Below are positions 7,679 to 11,283 of a stretch of 11,283 bases of DNA, in pieces. The translations under genes and the position numbers were made by a program. Below the pieces are notes generated by a model. That model saw only the letters and a list, made by a program, of their open reading frames with translations. It ran no database searches and was not told the origin of the DNA. The stretch's first letter is position 1; each line of letters starts with the position of its first letter. This DNA is from a virus, in UHGV virus genome UHGV-1552661; one strand, given 5' to 3'.

Positions 7679-9483
7679 TGAAACAAAATATTAATATCGG
7701 TAATGTTGTAGATGATGGTACCGGTGACTACCTGCGTAAAGGTGGTATAAAAATAAATGAAAACTTTGATGAGCTTTATTACGAGCTTGGTGATGGAGAT
7801 GTTCCATATTCAGCCGGTGCCTGGAAAACTTATAATGCTTCATCAGGACAAACATTAACGGCAGAATGGGGAAAATCATATGCTATTAACACTTCATCTG
7901 GAAGAGTAACTCTACAACTTCCTAAAGGAACCGTTAATGATTATAATAAAGTAATTAAAGCTAGGGATGTATTTGCAACATGGAATGTTAATCCAGTTAC
8001 TCTAGTAGCCGCTTCTGGTGATACTATTAAAGGATCATCGTCATCAGTTGAAATTAATGTTCAATTTAGCGATTTAGAGTTAGTTTATTGTGCTCCAGGA
8101 CGTTGGGAATATGTCAAAAACAAACAAATTGACAAAATTATTAGTTCAGATATTAGTAATGTAGCACGTAAAGAATTTTTAGTCGAAGTTCAAGGACAAA
8201 CAGACTTTTTAGATGTTTTCCGCGGAACTAGCTATAATGTTAATAACATCCGAGTAAAACACCGTGGTAATGAATTATATTACGGCGATGTATTTAGTGA
8301 AAACAGTGACTTTGGCTCTCCTGGGGAAAATGAAGGAGAATTGATTCCTCTTGATGGATTTAATATTAGGTTAAGACAGCCTTGTAATATTGGTGACACT
8401 GTTCAAATTGAAACATTTATGGATGGTATATCACAATGGAGAAGTTCATATACAAGACGCCAAATAAAAGTATTAGATTCAAAATTAACGTCAAAAACTT
8501 CTTTAGAAGGAAGTATTTACGTTACTGATTTATCAACAATGAAATCAATTCCATTCTCTGCATTTGGATTAATTCCTGGAGAACCTATTAATCCTAATTC
8601 TCTTGAAGTTCGTTTTAATGGAATTTTACAACAACAAGCTGGAACAGCAGGATATCCTCTGTTTTTGTGTGAAGGTGCTAACTCAGATACGCAAGCAGGA
8701 TGTATATCTCTTGGTGGTGAATGGAAAGAATCGAACACAGATTATTCTATAGAATATGAAGATGGAAAACCTGCCAGTCTTTTATTTGATAGAAAATTTG
8801 AATCAGGTGATATAATCGTTATAACATGGTTTAATAATGATTTAGGAACTCTTTTAGAAAAAGATGACATTATTGAATTAACTGATGACCGTTATGTTAG
8901 TAAAGGATCATCTACTGAAGTTACTGGGGATGTAGCCTTAACAGATTTTGATAAAATCGGTTGGCCAAATGTTGAAAAAGTTGATTCTTATACTAGAACG
9001 TATAATTCAATATCATCTATTTTCGACAGCATTTATCCTGTTGGTTCAATTTATGAAAATGCTATAAACCCAAATAATCCGGTGACTTATATGGGATTTG
9101 GTTCATGGAAATTATTTGGTAAAGGACAAGTTTTAGTAGGATGGAATGATGATGTTACGGATCCAAACTTTGCTTTAAACAATAATGATTTAGATTCTAG
9201 CGGAAATCCTTCACATACTGCCGGTGGAACAGTTGGTACAACATCAGTAACGCTTGAAAACGCAAATCTTCCTGCGACTAAAACTGATGAAAGAGTTTTA
9301 ATTGAAGACGAAAATGGATCAGTTATTATTGGAGGATGTCAATATGACCCAGACGAAACTGGTCCTATATATACAAAATATCGTGAAGACTACGCAACAA
9401 CAAACTCTTCACATACTCCTCCTACTAATATTAGTAATATTCAACCGTCTATTACTGTATACCGTTGGATAAGGATTGCATAA
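7678..9483 (+). CDS. 10: Baseplate wedge subunit and tail pin gp10, 601 aa
   Basis: 601-aa ORF (T4 gp10 recalled as about 602 aa). N-terminal motif is shared with gp9. RBS GGGGTGG upstream. Stop TAA 9481-9483 overlaps the gene 11 ATG (9483-9485). Confidence 0.9.
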   Translation: MKQNINIGNVVDDGTGDYLRKGGIKINENFDELYYELGDGDVPYSAGAWKTYNASSGQTLTAEWGKSYAINTSSGRVTLQLPKGTVNDYNKVIKARDVFATWNVNPVTLVAASGDTIKGSSSSVEINVQFSDLELVYCAPGRWEYVKNKQIDKIISSDISNVARKEFLVEVQGQTDFLDVFRGTSYNVNNIRVKHRGNELYYGDVFSENSDFGSPGENEGELIPLDGFNIRLRQPCNIGDTVQIETFMDGISQWRSSYTRRQIKVLDSKLTSKTSLEGSIYVTDLSTMKSIPFSAFGLIPGEPINPNSLEVRFNGILQQQAGTAGYPLFLCEGANSDTQAGCISLGGEWKESNTDYSIEYEDGKPASLLFDRKFESGDIIVITWFNNDLGTLLEKDDIIELTDDRYVSKGSSTEVTGDVALTDFDKIGWPNVEKVDSYTRTYNSISSIFDSIYPVGSIYENAINPNNPVTYMGFGSWKLFGKGQVLVGWNDDVTDPNFALNNNDLDSSGNPSHTAGGTVGTTSVTLENANLPATKTDERVLIEDENGSVIIGGCQYDPDETGPIYTKYREDYATTNSSHTPPTNISNIQPSITVYRWIRIA

Positions 9484-10142
9484 TGAGTTTACTTAATAAT
9501 AAAGCGGGAGTTATTTCCCGCTTAGCAGATTTTCTTGGTTTTAGAACTAAGAAAAATGATATTTCGGTTATGAATAATCAGCCGGTAGGCGCTGTAACAA
9601 TTTCACAAATAGCAAAAGGTTTTTATGACTCAAATGTAGAATCTGCTATCAATGATGTTAGAAATATGGCAGAGCAACAGGTTGGAGCTGTATTAATTAA
9701 TATAAGCGGCGTATCTCCTACTGGCGTGCAACAAACCGACTATTGGTCATTTGAAGGAACTGTTACTGATACTTCAGCCAAACCAGGTGACCCAGTTATT
9801 GTTAACATGTTTGGTATTCCAGTTAAAGCTACTAATGGAATGACTTCAATTGAATTTACTAGTGCTGTTAGAACAGCTCTACAGGAAATGGTTGTAAAAT
9901 TTATTGCAATTGATTCATTTGAAGACCATCCTACTATAGGGAATAAAATACAAGTTAAGTATTTAGATAACCAAGAACATATCTTAGAGCAATACTCTGA
10001 TAAAGGAATTACTTTCAAACAAGAAATAATTTCTCCTTCTAAACCCGGGTATGGAACTTGGCAATTATTAGGTGCGCAAACTGTTACGCTAGATAGTCAT
10101 ACACAACCTACAGTATTTTATTATTTTGAGAGAATAGCATGA
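9483..10142 (+). CDS. 11: Baseplate wedge subunit and tail pin gp11 (short tail fibre attachment), 219 aa
   Basis: Start chosen at ATG 9483 ([20 protein letters not shown]) rather than the six-frame start at 9465, because 9483 gives 219 aa (T4 gp11 length), has RBS AAGGA about 7 nt upstream, and avoids an 18-nt overlap with gene 10. Stop TGA 10140-10142 overlaps the gene 12 ATG. Confidence 0.9.
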   Translation: MSLLNNKAGVISRLADFLGFRTKKNDISVMNNQPVGAVTISQIAKGFYDSNVESAINDVRNMAEQQVGAVLINISGVSPTGVQQTDYWSFEGTVTDTSAKPGDPVIVNMFGIPVKATNGMTSIEFTSAVRTALQEMVVKFIAIDSFEDHPTIGNKIQVKYLDNQEHILEQYSDKGITFKQEIISPSKPGYGTWQLLGAQTVTLDSHTQPTVFYYFERIA

Positions 10143-11283
10143 GTAACAATACATATCAGCACGTATCAAATGAATCAAAATATGTTAAATTCGATCCCAC
10201 TGGATCGAATTTTCCTGGCACTGTTACGACAGTACAGTCTGCATTATCAAAAATAAGTAATATCGGCGTAAATGGTATTCCTGATGCAACTATGGAAGTT
10301 AAAGGAATAGCAATGATTGCATCAGAGCAAGAGGTTTTAGATGGAACAAATAATTCTAAAATCGTTACACCAGCTACATTAGCAACAAGATTATTGTATC
10401 CAAATGCTACTGAAACTAAATATGGTTTAACGCGCTATTCAACAAATGAAGAAACATTAGAAGGCTCAGATAATAATTCATCAATAACGCCGCAAAAACT
10501 GAAATACCATACTGATGATGTGTTCCGAAATAGATATTCATCTGAGTCATCAAACGGGGTTATTAAAATATCATCTACGCCTGCAGCTTTGGCTGGTGTC
10601 GATGATACTACGGCGATGACTCCGTTGAAAACCCAAAAACTTGCAATAAAATTAATTTCACAAATAGCTCCTTCCGAAGATACTGCATCAGAATCTGTGA
10701 GAGGTGTAGTTCAATTATCTACTGTTGCGCAAACTCGTCAAGGAACTCTCCGCGAAGGATATGCAATTTCCCCATATACCTTTATGAATTCTGTTGCAAC
10801 ACAAGAATATAAGGGTGTTATACGTCTAGGAACACAAGCAGAAATTAATAATAATTTGGGGGATGTTGCAGTAACAGGTGAAACACTAAATGGTCGAGGA
10901 GCTACCGGTTCTATGCGTGGGGTAGTAAAATTAACGACGCAAGCTGGTATTGCTCCTGAAGGTGATAGCTCTGGGGCATTAGCCTGGAACGCAGATGTAA
11001 TTAATACTCGTGGTGGACAAACTATTAATGGTTCTTTAAATTTAGATCATCTTACAGCAAACGGAATTTGGTCGCGCGGCGGAATGTGGAAAAATGGCGA
11101 TCAACCTGTTGCCACTGAAAGATATGCGTCCGAAAGAATTCCAGTTGGGACTATTATGATGTTTGCAGGTGATTCAGCACCTCCTGGTTGGCTTATGTGC
11201 CATGGTGGAACCGTGTCAGGTGACCAATTTCCTGATTATAGAAACGTAGTTGGAGGAAGATTTGGTGGGGATTGGAATAATCC
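10139..11283 (+). CDS. 12: Short tail fibre protein gp12, 3'-truncated at the window end (N-terminal ~381 codons)
   Basis: ATG at 10139 (ATGA overlap with the gene 11 stop); frame stays open to the window end. Translation starts [20 protein letters not shown] and carries about six tandem fibre repeats (G-[VI]-x-[KRQ]-[LI]-[ST]-T type, e.g. [54 protein letters not shown]). Not in the supplied ORF track because it has no stop within the window. Confidence 0.9.
   Translation, partial: MSNNTYQHVSNESKYVKFDPTGSNFPGTVTTVQSALSKISNIGVNGIPDATMEVKGIAMIASEQEVLDGTNNSKIVTPATLATRLLYPNATETKYGLTRYSTNEETLEGSDNNSSITPQKLKYHTDDVFRNRYSSESSNGVIKISSTPAALAGVDDTTAMTPLKTQKLAIKLISQIAPSEDTASESVRGVVQLSTVAQTRQGTLREGYAISPYTFMNSVATQEYKGVIRLGTQAEINNNLGDVAVTGETLNGRGATGSMRGVVKLTTQAGIAPEGDSSGALAWNADVINTRGGQTINGSLNLDHLTANGIWSRGGMWKNGDQPVATERYASERIPVGTIMMFAGDSAPPGWLMCHGGTVSGDQFPDYRNVVGGRFGGDWNN

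Noticed and set aside
9465-9482. Upstream in-frame ATG giving a 225-aa gene 11 product ([10 protein letters not shown]...)
   Set aside because: It lies inside the gene 10 coding region with no RBS. The ATG at 9483 has a good RBS, forms the typical TAATG stop/start overlap, and yields the expected 219-aa protein.
385-10018. Antisense ORFs of 61-119 aa in the track (385-579, 2181-2378, 4480-4839, 5452-5652, 6096-6431, 6881-7066, 7691-7879, 8517-8738, 9740-10018, all minus strand)
   Set aside because: All are fully embedded antisense to long, well-supported + strand structural genes. Their translations are low-complexity (Cys/His/Leu/Ser-rich) with no recognisable motifs, and they lack convincing RBSs. 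They are expected by chance in 11 kb.
1-11283. Possibility of a novel defence, anti-defence or other accessory system in the window
   Set aside because: Apart from the 64-nt gene 8/9 gap, the + strand is fully occupied by recognisable baseplate genes in canonical T4 order and size. There are no orphan ORFs, strand switches, repeat arrays or RNA-gene signatures. The only accessory-type element is the truncated homing endonuclease at the 5' edge.

Overview
This window is an AT-rich, single-strand (+) block of T4-like (T-even myophage) baseplate structural genes with gene order and protein lengths matching the T4 gene 5.4-6-7-8-9-10-11-12 module. All calls are from reading the sequence and from recalled T4 biology; no database search was run. 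Layout: positions 1-22 are an untrimmed Nextera adapter (Tn5 mosaic end), so the contig begins inside a gene. Then comes the C-terminal DNA-binding tail of an I-TevI/Seg-like homing endonuclease (5'-truncated), followed by gene 5.4 (PAAR-type spike tip, 97 aa), gene 6 (660 aa), gene 7 (1032 aa) and gene 8 (334 aa). The only real intergenic gap (6748-6811) holds a strong intrinsic terminator plus a perfect T4 late-promoter consensus TATAAATA. Downstream are gene 9 (288 aa), gene 10 (601 aa), gene 11 (219 aa) and the first ~381 codons of gene 12 (short tail fibre), which runs off the 3' end. Most junctions are overlapping stop/start codons (ATGA, TAATG), indicating translational coupling. I see no tRNA, rRNA or CRISPR array and no unexplained coding space, so I find no support for a new defence or accessory system here. 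The most notable items are the adapter artefact, the homing-endonuclease remnant abutting gene 5.4, and paralogy signals among the gp9/gp10/gp11 termini.
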